64,000 nucleotides of DNA from Psilocybe cubensis (lineage: Eukaryota), in contig CM039004.1 of assembly GCA_017499595.2 (NCBI GenBank), positions 124,001 to 188,000 on the forward strand, read 5' to 3'. The notes beneath the pieces were generated by a model, which searched no databases, was not told the DNA's origin, and saw only the letters and a list, made by a program, of their open reading frames with translations. Positions within the stretch are counted from its first letter, which is position 1. Every line of letters starts with the position of its first letter. Both the position numbers and the translations under genes were made by a program. Below, one piece after another: positions 25,600-38,266 of this stretch.

Positions 25600-28500
25600 C
25601 CCGCCGCCCATAACCCGTGTAGCTTCTATCACCGAAGAAGCATTCATTCCTCTTTTTCACACACACAACTGACATGTCATCTCTGCACTCCTCTTGGCCC
25701 AATCCATACGATTTCATGTTTCTTTTCTCGCACTCTCGGGTCTGATGTCACTGTGCTATTTCCTCTCTCTCTCCTAGTCTCCCTCTCCTCCCCCTCTCAT
25801 ATCTCAGCTTGGCTTTGCACCTACCTCTCTGTATCATTTCACAGCTTGGCGGAATTCTCGGAGTGCCACTGGAAAAAATGTCAGATTGCCATATCATATG
25901 TTTCTCACTCCAACCCTGCACCAGAACTTAGATTCAGTTTTCGATTCGCGATAATGCACGCACGCGTCCTATCTATCTGGATCTGCCGTCGCTTTTTCTT
26001 GAGGCTTGAGTGCTTCCTTCCACCAGCTATCTATCTTCGGGCTAATGCTTTCTTCCGTATCAAAATCAAATCAAAACAAACAACAATCTACGTGTCAACA
26101 ACAAAAACAACAACAACAACATCGAACATCGAACCCTCCTTTTTGGTCCCCGCGGGATGCCAATATGAAGCAACAGCCAACGACATCATCGCGATTCGAA
26201 TCACCCATCACCGGCACCCATCACCAATCCTAATCCTGATCCTCACGGGGTATCCCAAACCATCCCAATCCCAACTCCCACCCTCCCATCCCATCCTCGG
26301 TTATATCGCTCGCAAAATGCCGCACTGTACGGTACGGTGCATTCACTGTTTATCTTACACATGTCTCATCTCCGCACCTGCACAGTGGGAAAAAACACAC
26401 AAAGCACGACGACGACAGCAACTACAACAACAGCAACAACATCCGGCACGTCATACTTTGATCTCGCTCAGGGGCTGCACTTTACATGCACCGTACATGC
26501 ACTGTGCATTATACATGTCATCCATCCACCCAATGCAATGCAATCCCGCGACCGTGGTCCCTAGTCCCTAGTCCGTGGTCCGTGGTCCGTCCTTATCTCC
26601 TTGTGAAATCCCACCTCATCCCATTTTCCATTTTCCATTTTCCGCTCCCGTTGCACCATCTCTTTCCCATACCCAAACTCAAACTCAACTCAAACCCAAA
26701 CCCAAACCAATACTCACGTCTACACTTCCTTCAACTTCCCCTGTCCCAGTCCCTCTTCTCCTGTCCTCCTCATCTCCCCGACAGCAACTACAACTGCAAC
26801 TACGATATGGACTGCGTCCGCACCACGTTTCTACGGAGTCTATACGGATACCCTCATCTCCTCTATACTCCGAGAACACGCAACGCGCAATAGGGCTGTC
26901 ATTCTCAATGCTCAATGCGTATCATGTCTGATGTCCAGCGGTCCAGATTCCGGCCACACACAACGCGCAACGCACAACGGGACCGCACTCTATCTCTCCT
27001 CCTTACACTCAACCTCTTCTCCGCTGCACGATTTCGAATCCCTTAGCAGCGTCATACCATTTTGTGCTGTCTATGTAACATTATAGTATCCTATGTCTGG
27101 TATCTTTCATCTGGTATCTGGTATCGTAAGTCCAGTACCATGCATAGGCTCAGGCCCCGGGCCTCATTTCCCATTTCCCACTTCCCATTTCCCAGTGCAC
27201 AGTTCACAAGTCCCAGGTCCCTCCCAGGTCCCAGGTCCCATGACACCTTCCACCTCACTTGACTTGACTTCCCGAAATCTACTAACTCCTCTATACATCT
27301 GCGCAGCTCTCCCTCTCCTCTTCTCCTCACCTCCTTTCCTCCACTACTGCTACCGTTAACGTTAACGTTAACGTTAACGCTACCAAATCACAGAACAGAA
27401 CTCACAGGCGCGGTCCCGACTACTACGTCCGCTCCTTCGTCCTCGCCCTCGGCCTCTCGCCCTCGGTTCCTCGCCCTCAATCCCACGTGCGACTAAAAGG
27501 TCCTACGTATACGTTCCGATTCACCGCCTTTCAGAATCGTAGTCATAGTCGTAGGACAATCAGTATGATTATGACTGTTTTATCTTTTATCTTTTATCAG
27601 GTATGCTCTAGGTATGTGCTAGGTATCAGCCAACTCGGCACAGGGAACGGGGAACAGGGAACACAATTCGGCACAGGTGCAATCCTAACCCAATCCCAAC
27701 CTAATTCTCAACCCAATCCCATCCCATCCCAACCCGATCCCAATCCCGATCCCATCTCATCTCATCTCCTGAACCCATCTCCTCATCTCCTGAATCCATC
27801 TCCTGAACCCATCTCACACCTCTCCTCTCCTCTCCTCTCCTCCTCCCATCCCATCCCAATGCACTCCCACCATTCCGAAATCATCACAGATCACACCACA
27901 TTACAATCAATCACATCACATCACATCATATCATATCGTTTGTATCTGGTGAGTATGTATTACCTTTTGCAGTATAGTGAGTAAGTAAGTCTCTATGTCT
28001 ATGCCTGTATGCCTGTAGAGTATAGGAAAAGAGGAAACAGAGGACTGGGAATGGAGGACTGGGAATGGGGAACAGGGAATGGGGAATGGGGAATGGGAAC
28101 ATGGCACAGGGCACAGAAAACAGGAAACAGGGAATGGGGAACAGGGAACAAGGTACCGAGCGTACCGACCGTATATCGTTGTGCGGGACTGGGATATTAT
28201 GTTAGTTGGTATGTTATGTTATGTTATGTTATGTGTAGGTGTAGGTAGAGTGAAATGTAATGTAACATCTGCACCTCGCGGTGCTTCATGTGTGTAGTAA
28301 TTGTAATTGCAATAAAGTGTGTTGTGTCTATTAGTCTGACTCTTAGCGTTGCTATCTCCAGCGTCCAATGATAACATAACATAAACTCCAACACAAAACA
28401 ACCCGAACCGCGGTTACATTCATACTGAAACTATACCCAATCCGGCCTTTTCAAAATCGAAATCTAAATAGAAAGAGAAATCAAAAGAGAATTCGAAAGT

Positions 28501-30000
28501 GAAATAGGAATAGGAATAGAAGCCGCCTTCGCTTTTGAATGGTCGTTGCTGTGTTTGTAATTCCATGTATGTTTCTAGTATGTTCAATATGTCATGACAC
28601 GCTATAGCACACCACCACACCACGCTAGTGCTATTGTATAGGATAGTATAGTATAAACGCGAACGCGAACGCCTAACCCAATTTATCTATTCTGTTGTTT
28701 ATCTGACACTCATTTATACAGAGAAGCGCTCAATATCAATCTCAATACCAATACCAAAACCAAAACCAAAGCCACTACCAAATTAAATTTGAAGTGTCCA
28801 ACATATACCCCAACTAGTAGAGTCCATTTCTATTGACCCGGCTAATTGTGATTCGTATTAATATCTGAATCCGTAATATTCTTATCATCCCCGCCATACA
28901 TCCTCCGCCAGAAATACTATTACGAACACTAACACTAACAGTAATAGAGCATCAAATCTAGGTACTGGACAAATCATCATATATTTTCATTTTTAATCTT
29001 ACACCTTTGATTTTTAAAATTATATTCAATTGTTATTGACGCATTATGTCTCCGACTTTGATTTTGATTTAGATTTAAGAGCTAATAAAATATCTTATAT
29101 CCCAGAACGCAAATCATGCCGTATGTGTAGGCTTGTCCGTGTAAAACACGGACGCGGAGAAGACAATAGAAGTACACTAACAAGGGCCCTGCCTCGTTTC
29201 ACCCCAACCCATCCAATCCCATCAAAATCCCATTCAACTGCAAACTCAAACCCCTCGTCTTCCTTTCATCTCTGGCTCTGTAGTGGTACCGGCCCCTTCC
29301 ACACCCTATAACAACGGACCCAATTGTAACTTCCTCCGCGAACGGGCAAGACACGGGCAAAGCAAGAGAAGAAACTCAAAACGTGTCGTGTTTTGATAAT
29401 CACGAATACAATAACCTGTTACGTACACCCTCGCTGCAGCACCTTCTCCATCTCCTTCTCCTTCTCCATCTCCTTCTCCATCTCCGTGTCCGTCTCCTTC
29501 AGATTCTGCGTCAGGTTCAGGTTCAGCTTCTACTTTATCCTTTCCCCATACCTGGAAATCCACGAACCGATGAAAAATTTTCTCGTTCTCACTTCGCCGT
29601 ATTGACTGTCTCGTAACTATCTGTCAACAGTCATACGCCAGACTCGGGACGGATGGAGTCCCAGCACCCAGTACCCAGTACCCAGTTACGCGATGCAACA
29701 ACGGCATATGACGGTGATTGGAAGTTGAATACAAAAACAACATCAACATCAGAATAGAATAGGATAGGTGGGATGGGACGAAATAGAACACACTCTCACG
29801 CACGCTATCGATCGATTTTTCGAATCAGAATTGAAACTCACAACCCGTTGCCCAAGGGTCTCAAGGCTCAAGCCAGTACCCAAGTCTCAAGTCGCAAATT
29901 GCATTCAAGTTCCAATCTCAATCTTAATTGTAATGTCAATGTCAACGAAGCACAGCACAGAACAATAAACACCCCAATTCTTCATTCTCAATGCATTTTT
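25600..30000. repeat. Microsatellite-saturated non-coding region upstream of the MADS gene
   Basis: Dense imperfect 5-7-mer arrays, for example (GTTAAC)n at about 27355-27380, (CCCAAT/CCCGAT)n at about 27690-27755, (GGGAATG)n at about 28047-28145, (TTATG)n at about 28200-28235 and (TCTCCT/TCTCCA)n at about 29440-29500. Confidence 0.85.
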
Positions 30001-31311
30001 TTTCTTTCCGTGGCACTGCAGTGAGAAATCTGTGTGCTCGAGGCTCTACTCATATGGGTTTACATCGATATCATTGTCAATTCAGATTTCGAAGTGTGTG
30101 TGTGGGTACAAGTTCAAGTACACGACTATCTCACTCAACAGATCAAAGATAGCCAATATCATTGTTTCCAACCTCTTCGCCATTTACCACAGCTTCACGA
30201 TAACTAAACCAGTAATGAACGTGTAATGATTGCCTATGTGTACGGCGGCGCGTTGAAAGTCTACCTGGAACATGACATAATGCAACAACCCATACGACGA
30301 AGCGCGGTATTATGTCGCGTAACGCACCACTTGATCCAAGCACGCCATCCGCCTAGCACGCGCTAAACCACCAGATCACTCCCTTCTCACTGCTTGCCGC
30401 GGCTCGCTAGCCATCTATCCGCCACCACAACCAAGCCGGCCGAGCGGCGATTCCCATGCCCATGATCAAGTCGATCGACCTGGGACCTTGGAAAAACCCA
30501 TCGGCTACGTTTAATTAAAAAATGACTCAACTTGACCCAAAGTAGTCAAAAACTATGTCGCTGACCTTGACATGCCTTGCTTTACACAGCCTTTTATGTC
30601 GCAGATGATAATTCTGAGTGTCAGGTGAACCACATAGATGCCTTGTTATCGCGTTTTCTGGACCTGTCATCGGCTGAGCTAGCTAGGTACGGGGACAAGT
30701 GTGTATGTGTGTTGTGTGGATTTAGACCACTATACGCATTGTACAGCACAGTACGCATATAACCCCCGCTTTGCTTGGAAAACACCCAAACAGGGTTGTT
30801 GTACCGAAGATTTTCAACCTCCGCGCACATTGCCTAGGGCCAACAGTCCCCGATATGGGGATATATATAGCTCGAATATCATAAACTTAATATTATCCAC
30901 CCCTGCAAATACGCTTTACTTAGCTATAAACTACCGAAAGCGTCCGGCGTCGCGTGCGGCGCACATTCGCGGTTCTCTTCTCTGTGCCCCTGATGATCAT
31001 ATCATGGTGTCAGCTCTTCGTTTATAGATCCATGTCCAAGTGTACGTTTTTGATGTGGCATGCTACGAGGAACGCAGAGACCGCTCAGTCTTTCGGTTCC
31101 CGTCGTTGCAACTGCTTCTCACCACCGACAACACCGAGAAGAGCATCAAGCACTGCTAACCCATCCAATTGAGTTAAGTTTTCCAGAAGCCTGAACACCG
31201 CACCGCGCCGTGGGCCAGCCCAGGGTTGATGGCAATGCACATATTTCACCGTGCAGCACACACACAATAGTGCGATCGGTGTCCATGGGGGTGGGGGTAG
31301 ACGACACGCGC

Positions 31312-31321
31312 CTATTTATAG
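31312..31321. promoter_or_regulatory. MEF2/Rlm1-type site CTA(A/T)4TAG (also reads as a TATA box on the minus strand)
   Basis: CTATTTATAG is an exact consensus match, lying in the divergent intergenic region between the MADS gene and the 31946 secreted-protein gene. Confidence 0.3.
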
Positions 31322-31945
31322 CCGCGGTGTGAACGAGGTCCTGATCCTGATGTTCAGATTGCCTGATCACAGCAATTTGACAATTGACAAGCGACCAAAT
31401 TTTTATTTTTGGGGTTTTGATGTCCTTCGCTAAATTAAACATATTCGCAGAGCCCGTTTTTACGGAAGGCCCCGTTGACATCAGACGTGAAATGTAGCCC
31501 CAGGGGAGGGGAGCTATATTTTAAAGTTTACAGGTTGCCGTTTGGGATTCAGGGTGATCAATGATCTGGATTGCACTATTTTGAGTAAAGTATCTAGCGC
31601 GACGTGGGGTTCATGTAGGGCGCACTCGCTTGAGCTATGCATGAATCTACAGTATGTCATCTAAACGTCGGCTGTTCTGTGTCGCGTACTGACCTTGAAA
31701 ATGAAGTCATGTAACCGCTTTAACGTTTCTCTTTCTGGACGATGAATGAAGCACACTGGTTACTAGTTGCGGGCACGTACCCTGGCTGACTGCTTCAATC
31801 AGTAACACTAACAGTGGCGTAGTACGACTGAGCTGCACTCCCTAGCCCCGTCGCATCGACCAAATGGTCTTCACCTGAAGAACAGCGCATCGATACTTGC
31901 GGTACTTAATGCATACACCCATACACCTTATCGATATCATTCCAG

Positions 31946-32372
31946 ATGTAACTTCTCGCCCATTCCGGCTTTGAATGCTGTGGCTGCGGCTACTATCGCA
32001 GTTCTGAAGGTGCAGGCAGAAGTAACAGCCTGGAACAAAGCGGATTGCAAAGGCGAACCTGGCGCCGACGTTTCCTGCGACCACACCGGGTCCCAATGTT
32101 GGGGGTTCTCGTACCGACAGTCCGTAAATGTAAGCACATTGCTGATGCTAAAACATTTTGACTGGAAGGCGTGTTGATTGTACTCCTTTCAGCTCACATC
32201 AGGGACTGGAGACCACTGCATCAAGACATTTGCGGATGCAGGGTGCAAAACTCCCAGTGCCCCTGTCGGCGAATATCTTGCCTTCACCCCGTCCTGTGTA
32301 AATATCCTCAACTCGCCGAAGTCATTTCGATGTTTCTCTGGCGTGACTTCGTGCGATGGCTTGTCTGTATGA
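31946..32372 (+). pseudogene. Small secreted 8-Cys protein with an apparent 1-nt insertion directly after the start codon; 2 exons
   Basis: The start reads ATG-T-AAC. Removing T31949 gives MNFSPIPALNAVAAATIAVLKVQA-EVTAWNKADCKGEPGADVSCDHTGSQCWGFSYRQSVN/LTSGTGDHCIKTFADAGCKTPSAPVGEYLAFTPSCVNILNSPKSFRCFSGVTSCDGLSV*, with intron GTAAGC..TTTCAG. As written it is ATG TAA. Confidence 0.7.
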
Positions 32373-35300
32373 TTACAGACGATGGAAAATAGGGATCCTA
32401 TACAGTCAATCTCTATATAGAGCCCAGGTGCCTATTTTCTTTTTGATTACTGTCGCACACTGAACAGTATCAAATATACTGGGCATGCCAATACATCAAT
32501 CCCTTGAATATCCAGTCTTTCATCCTAATGGATCAATTCTATGGGGAATACGTTCATCACTTGTACAGTATTTTCGTTTCATGAAGTCGTATAAGCGCCC
32601 ACTATATCTGATTGATTCTGTACATTGGTTCTAATTTTTTCAGGCTATTCTTACATTCATTGCCTCACTGACGCTCCCCTACATCGCATTTATACTTTGT
32701 TTCGGCGTACAGTAGTGGGTCAGTATAAAAGTATGGCATAGGGTTCAAATCGGACTTACAATCCGAACCTAAACTTCAATATTCAACAAGGGATCTTTAC
32801 AAATGGGAGTAGGTCTCCATATACTCAGACATGTTAAATTCAATTACTGTCAAACAATAGTATTGTCACTTCTACCTCCTGCAACCTGTAGCCTTACAAT
32901 CGAGATATAGAATATAGAAGGTCGCATAAATGGCAATTTACTGTTCTGTCATGTTTCCAAAAACCCCACCCCCGAATAATACGTATCGTAGACTAATCAC
33001 TGGGACACCTACACTCTTTCTGTTATGACTAGTGCTTCCGCGCTGATCGAAAGGGTGCTAAGTAAATTATTCGGTCCTAGGTTTATCCATGTACATATTT
33101 TATCTTCAAGAAGGGTATCGATGAAAGACAGGGGAATAGGATAGCTATAGAGTTTATTCAACCAGCAGGGCAGGACATTCGGCAGCGCAATTCGAAGCTA
33201 TACCGTCTGGGCAGGAAGTGACGGGTTTATAATCACCCTAAATTACTATGTCCGATACCTCCAAGAGATCTAGCGTTCCTTAGAGCTACCAACGTTTGTC
33301 CTGACTGTACCCTATCTAGACACCCTGGATGCCTGCCACGTACGCGAGTTATTTTTGGGTTGGATGAACAAGGTTTCGTCTACTTGCACTTTCAGAAGAC
33401 CTGAGATTGGAAAGACCTTATGAGATTGTCAAATAGATGAAGTGGTGATTGTGAGCCTTCGGAATAGTACCTGTGTAAAAATGTCCCTATAGATACATCA
33501 GAACTTACAGTGGTTGAAAACTGTTGTTCAAGTTCAATGTTATGTCGGCGCTGTTGGTTAACATTATATTCTAAACATAGGGCAGGGAAAGTTCTCCGTC
33601 TTCCAGCGGCAGATAATCTGGGATTACTGCCGGATTAGGGACATTTCTAGCGGATTTCAAAGGTTCTTCCCAACAACAACTTGCCGATTTGATGCCGAAG
33701 GGCAGAAGGTCCACAGAGGCAATGTCATTCATTGGACAGTGAAGGTCCATTAGCTCGTGGGACGCAGTGGACACATCGGGGAAAGGGACTGGAGATGGAA
33801 CATCACTCTAGAACCACAAACAAATGCAGACAAAGCAGATGCCGCTATTACACCGGCATTGTAGGGGAAGTCAAAGTATCGCATAGTCGACTCTTTTGAT
33901 ATTTTGAGTGCAAGAACATATTTGTTATTGCATATGGGTCCCTCCGCACTCATAGATAGAACTGATAGTGTTGAATTTGAATTATATAGAAAATAGAATA
34001 GCTGGATTAACAACAGAACGAGAGTTTCGCGGGAAATATATATAGAAGAAAGACTAAATAATGCTTTATTTACGACCTTTCTCGACGGAAATAATGCAAT
34101 ACCGTGATATTGACGTATTCCTCCCTTGATTCTTTCATGATAACTTTGAGATGGCTAAATGAAACATTAATGCCATTGGGTGGTAGTAGGGCATGCGATT
34201 GGCCCAATTTTAGCTCGGATATTCGATCCTTAAGCCCCGCTTAATACTTGCCGTAGTCACTGGTCGGAAACATCAGCTTAACCATGTGTGGGTAGCATGA
34301 TGGACTGAATTCTTTCCCAAGAAATTTGTCAGAACGAACAAATATCGGGTACAGAGCGGAATGGACTTCCCGTGATTGGTGAAAAGGAAGGCTATCGCCT
34401 TCCAGCTCGAAGCTTAGGGCGTGTGGGTGAATTGCATCCAAAGTAATTCCATTGCTCAGCTGATATTGAATAATGCCGTCACCTTGACATCTTTCTTCCA
34501 TGCGTTGGGGTGACTGATGCGACGGTGGTTTCATAACAAGAGACCGAAAAGGAAACAATATTCTCAAGCACAACGACATGGATTGGTAATGGTTTCCGGC
34601 AATGTCGCTCTTGTTTACCCTATTCCCGTTTCCGCCTATCAACTCTCTGAGGTTGGGCGGAGTATTGCCACTTCCTGTTCACCCAGCTCGCGCGTAGTAC
34701 AGATGTAAATTGACACAACACACTAGTGGCAGCATCCACAACCATTGATCTTATCAGTCATAGTGTAGTGTTCCAAACTTTTCTAAATACGTGAGTTGAG
34801 AGTACTGCGGAATTCCCTGTGGCAGGTAAAGCTAGAGAAGTTATCCACGGTGTTTGTTAATCCATCCGGTTATGGAACACTGCTATCCTGAATCTTAATC
34901 TATATAGTCACCGTTTACACAACGGCCTCACGGTTGCAATACTGTATTATCTGAATCAAATTAAAGCTCTCTAGCATACATCTTGGATCTCACCAACACT
35001 CATTTTGCTGTGGATTAGTCTACGACTTGTTCAACCCCTGAACCATTCTCGTACGGTGGTATTACTCTCCGCGTTGGTGGTCGCGTCTTGGGACGCGTCA
35101 TCACGTGTAGTACCATCAATCCCGATCGGCCGAAATGCCGAACAGGGTTCCGTACTTGCAGGAATGCGCACATACCACATACGCCAAGCACACCCTTTAC
35201 TTTTTTAACACAACTTTTGTTAGCAGCTTCATGAAGATCTCAAAATTATCTCAGATTTCAAGGCCGTAATTGAGGGCAAGAGTGAACAAGTCTAATGATA

Positions 35301-35663
35301 GTTTAATGTTGAGCTGCGTGCCATATCCTTGTGAAACCTTGTACTCAAGTAGCAAAGACACGCAATGTTTTCCCCCTAACAAACCCAAACAAAACCATCA
35401 CAAGGATAATCGCAGACATCCTGTATCTATCTTTCGTCAGTTTGAGGATTCCAGCTGTGGCAGTGCGTTCTGTTTCGCATATCATACATATTTATGTTTT
35501 CCAGACAGTTAATTCTTACTATGTAGACATTCTGAAACCTTAAAGTTGAATTATCTCTTGCCACTTCATCAAAAAAGTATCCATGAGCACGAAGATACCA
35601 ACATTCAAAACAGACTCGCACCTTTGAGGAATCATCCACGAAACATGCGCTAGAGAAGCTGGC

Positions 35664-35755
35664 TTCTCTGATGATCACTATCTGCAAATTGCAGATTGTG
35701 ATCATCAGAGAACATGTCTACCACCAATTGTAGACTGCAATTGGTGGTAGACATG
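35664..35755. repeat. Two abutting near-perfect palindromes (24-bp and 21-bp arms); probable hairpin-type transposon excision footprint
   Basis: 35664-35687 and 35689-35712 are inverted about A35688 with 1 mismatch. 35713-35733 and 35735-35755 are inverted about A35734 with 1 mismatch. There is no spacer between the two palindromes. Confidence 0.9.
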
Positions 35756-36091
35756 ATTTACCTTTCTCAATGCGTGCTAATGAATGCAGTGCTTTTAATC
35801 GTGCCAACAACAAAGACTAATAAAATGTTAACGGCAATCAAAGAATTCATAAGAGTGTACTCTCAGAAGCCAATGTCTGGCCTTTTGATTGTACCAATGG
35901 TTCCATAGTCACGGCGCAGCTTGCCGCCATGATTTTATCAAAGAAGTGATGTCGGCATAGACATTTCCTTAGATACCTCGATGAGGTTTTCTCTGATGTA
36001 ACGATGCCAATGATACTATTGTACTTGGTTGTACTAATATATAGGCGGAATGTTTGAAAAGCTTTTATACATTCAAATCCTCCAGGACGGA

Positions 36092-37197
36092 ATGTCTAGT
36101 CATACAAACGTGGTCATTATCACACCGCAGGTCGAAAGAAAAATCATATCTGACAATCTCAATTCGGACATGATAGGCAGTGTTCTCATGGGTAAGAACT
36201 TACTAGGTTCATAAAGATATTAAACTTATTGAAATTTGTCTTAGGGGCATACTCTTTGCTCTATGGGTATACTATGTATCTATATAGTGTGTAAACTAGC
36301 TTATACTCTACAGCACTTACCAAGCTTCCCTTTGCAGTTTATAAGAAGCGAGCCAACAAAAACAAATTCATTATTATACCTCTGATATCTATGCTCTACT
36401 TCCTTTCATGGTTTTTCTTTTTCAGTGGATGGATAACTCTGGACTTGGAATTAACAAGGGATACTGCTGGAAGCCTTGAAACAATGGAGATAGTTGCTTC
36501 GACGTTGCACTTCATGGTAATTCTGATTGTGGATATATTAATGGTGAGTCTGGTGTACACAGCGGAGATCTTTAAATTTAATTACAACTACATACGAGCA
36601 GATATGGATGGATAATCATCCCATTGGTTTTGTTTGGTGCTGAATGTGGTGGGTTGGACACAATGGTCTTGATTGTGCTTCAATTGACAATGACGTCGAG
36701 TCGTTTAGGCCTCTATCTTGCACACCTAATTTTCCGGTTCAAGTTTGGCGCAGCTTCCAATCCATCCATAACAGACACCATCAATGACATCAATGGATCC
36801 CTCATGTTCATATCAGTCACAACGACATCCTTGTGCTCCTTTCTCATAGGCTATAGAATACACATTGTATCAAAGGAGCACTATCTACCCGCCGCTTCCA
36901 AAAAAATGTTCAACCACATTATTCTGATAATCATCGAATCAGCAGCCATTTCTTCCGTATGCCTTTTGGCGATAGCTATTAGCGGGGTTCTTCCAGGAGT
37001 GGGCCAAAAGCAAACTGTCCAATACACGTTGTCAGTTTATACGTTGCAATTTATCATTATCTCAGCTGTAAGTCTTCCCTATTACCTTTACAACTTTCTA
37101 TTTCAGTAACAATCCGGTGAGGAATTAGGGCATGTCACCAACTATCATGGTCGCGAGAGTCGCTATAGCACAGGAAAACAGCTTTGGTCCTCATTGA
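36092..37197 (+). pseudogene. Multi-pass membrane protein paralogous to 1302-2498, with a frameshifting deletion in exon 4
   Basis: MSSHTNVVIITPQVERKIISDNLNSDMIGSVLMG/AYSLLYGYTMYLY/..VDILM/exon 4/..FLIGYRIHIVS..IIIESAAI../GMSPTIMVARVAIAQENSFGPH*. Exon 4 (36602-36648) is 47 nt versus 79 nt in the paralog, lacks the RCxxxW motif and reaches TGA in frame. Confidence 0.7.
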
Positions 37198-38157
37198 GGA
37201 TCACCATACTCTCAAAGAAGTTCCCACTACGTTGAGACATGTGCTCAAGGATCCGGATTTCAAGACGAAATCCCTGTAATTTAATTCACCTTTTGTTAGG
37301 TTTACAAACTTACTGTTAATTATATGCACCCTAGTCACAAACTTAATGATTAACGCCCTGACAAAGTAGTATAAAGCTTGCTATTTTTTTGAGGTTTCTA
37401 AAAATTCTGTTCATATTCATTTCAAGGAATCAGAACCATATCCAAACATAACTGATATTTATTCAACACGCGGCTATCATACTTACATAAATCTTGTCAT
37501 TATAGCATTTTGTTTGATTAAACTTCATCCATTGAAAAGTATACAATATACGGAGGTAAATTTCCCTCTGTAATAAAGCATTATTGCTACAAGGCCTATG
37601 GCCCTATAAACACAATCAACACATAATCTAGTTTCGGCACTGTAGCCCGCAATTTATACATTCGGTGATGTCCGGGGCATCACGAACTTGGCGAAAAAAT
37701 ACACAATTTTGTCCATTGGACATGAATTTTATGTTGTCAAACGACAACGAGCGTAAAATTACAGCATTCTAATCTCACTCAAATGCACATATTTTACACG
37801 CAAGCCGCACGCGAGCTACTTTCCCACGTGCACGCGAGGGCACGCGATGAGACGCGAAGCAAATACGCGCACGCCGCGCGCACCAGACCGCTCGATACTA
37901 ATATGGCTCTTCTTAAGGCTTATCCAATGACCTGCTGATTTGCTTCAAGCTTGAGCTCGGCGGGATCATCAGAAGTTCAGATGATCAGATGAACTAGGAT
38001 GAACTCGTAGCCATCTTACGGCCACCTGAGGAACGACGAAATGCTTACTTTTAAGTTTCCAAAACACTTGCAGCGATAGCCGACTAGCGGAGAATGTTTA
38101 TAAGTTGATGTTGAGCTTAACGCTCCTGACATAGCAATGGTACGGCTAAGCAGGCAT

Positions 38158-38259
38158 GGCCGTGTGGCGAAATGGCATCGCGTCTGACTACGATTGAATT
38201 CACCGCGACTCCCTGCTTACGTAATCAGGAGATTGTAGGTTCGACCCCTACCTCGGTCA
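38158..38259 (+). tRNA. tRNA-Arg(ACG): tRNA-Arg(ACG) with a 30-nt canonical intron (38194-38223)
   Basis: Acceptor stem GGCCGTG/CTCGGTC, A box TGGCGAAATGG, anticodon arm TCTGA-CT-ACG-A[intron]A-TCAGG, T arm GTAGG-TTCGACC-CCTAC. The intron sits at the 37/38 position. Confidence 0.95.
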
Positions 38260-38261
38260 TC

Positions 38262-38266
38262 TTTTT
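38262..38266 (+). terminator. Pol III terminator of the tRNA
   Basis: T5 run starting 3 nt after the discriminator base. Confidence 0.7.

Noticed and set aside
25753-26931. ORFs of 272, 135 and 118 aa upstream of the MADS gene
   Set aside because: Non-ATG or arbitrary starts, composition dictated by SSRs, and no domain or splice logic.
31752-31775. Minus-strand mini-hairpin followed by CTAGT (Helitron-like end)
   Set aside because: The stem is too short and too close to the end, and there is no 5' end or second copy.
33571-34708. Minus-strand ORFs of 67, 87 and 133 aa
   Set aside because: Could be exons of a small or decayed gene, but no motif or coherent splice model supports a call.
37629-37900. 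GC-rich CGCG cluster ending CTAAT (Helitron 3' end, or TAGT..ACTA element)
   Set aside because: Weak hairpin, only about 8 bp of imperfect terminal match, and no TSD.
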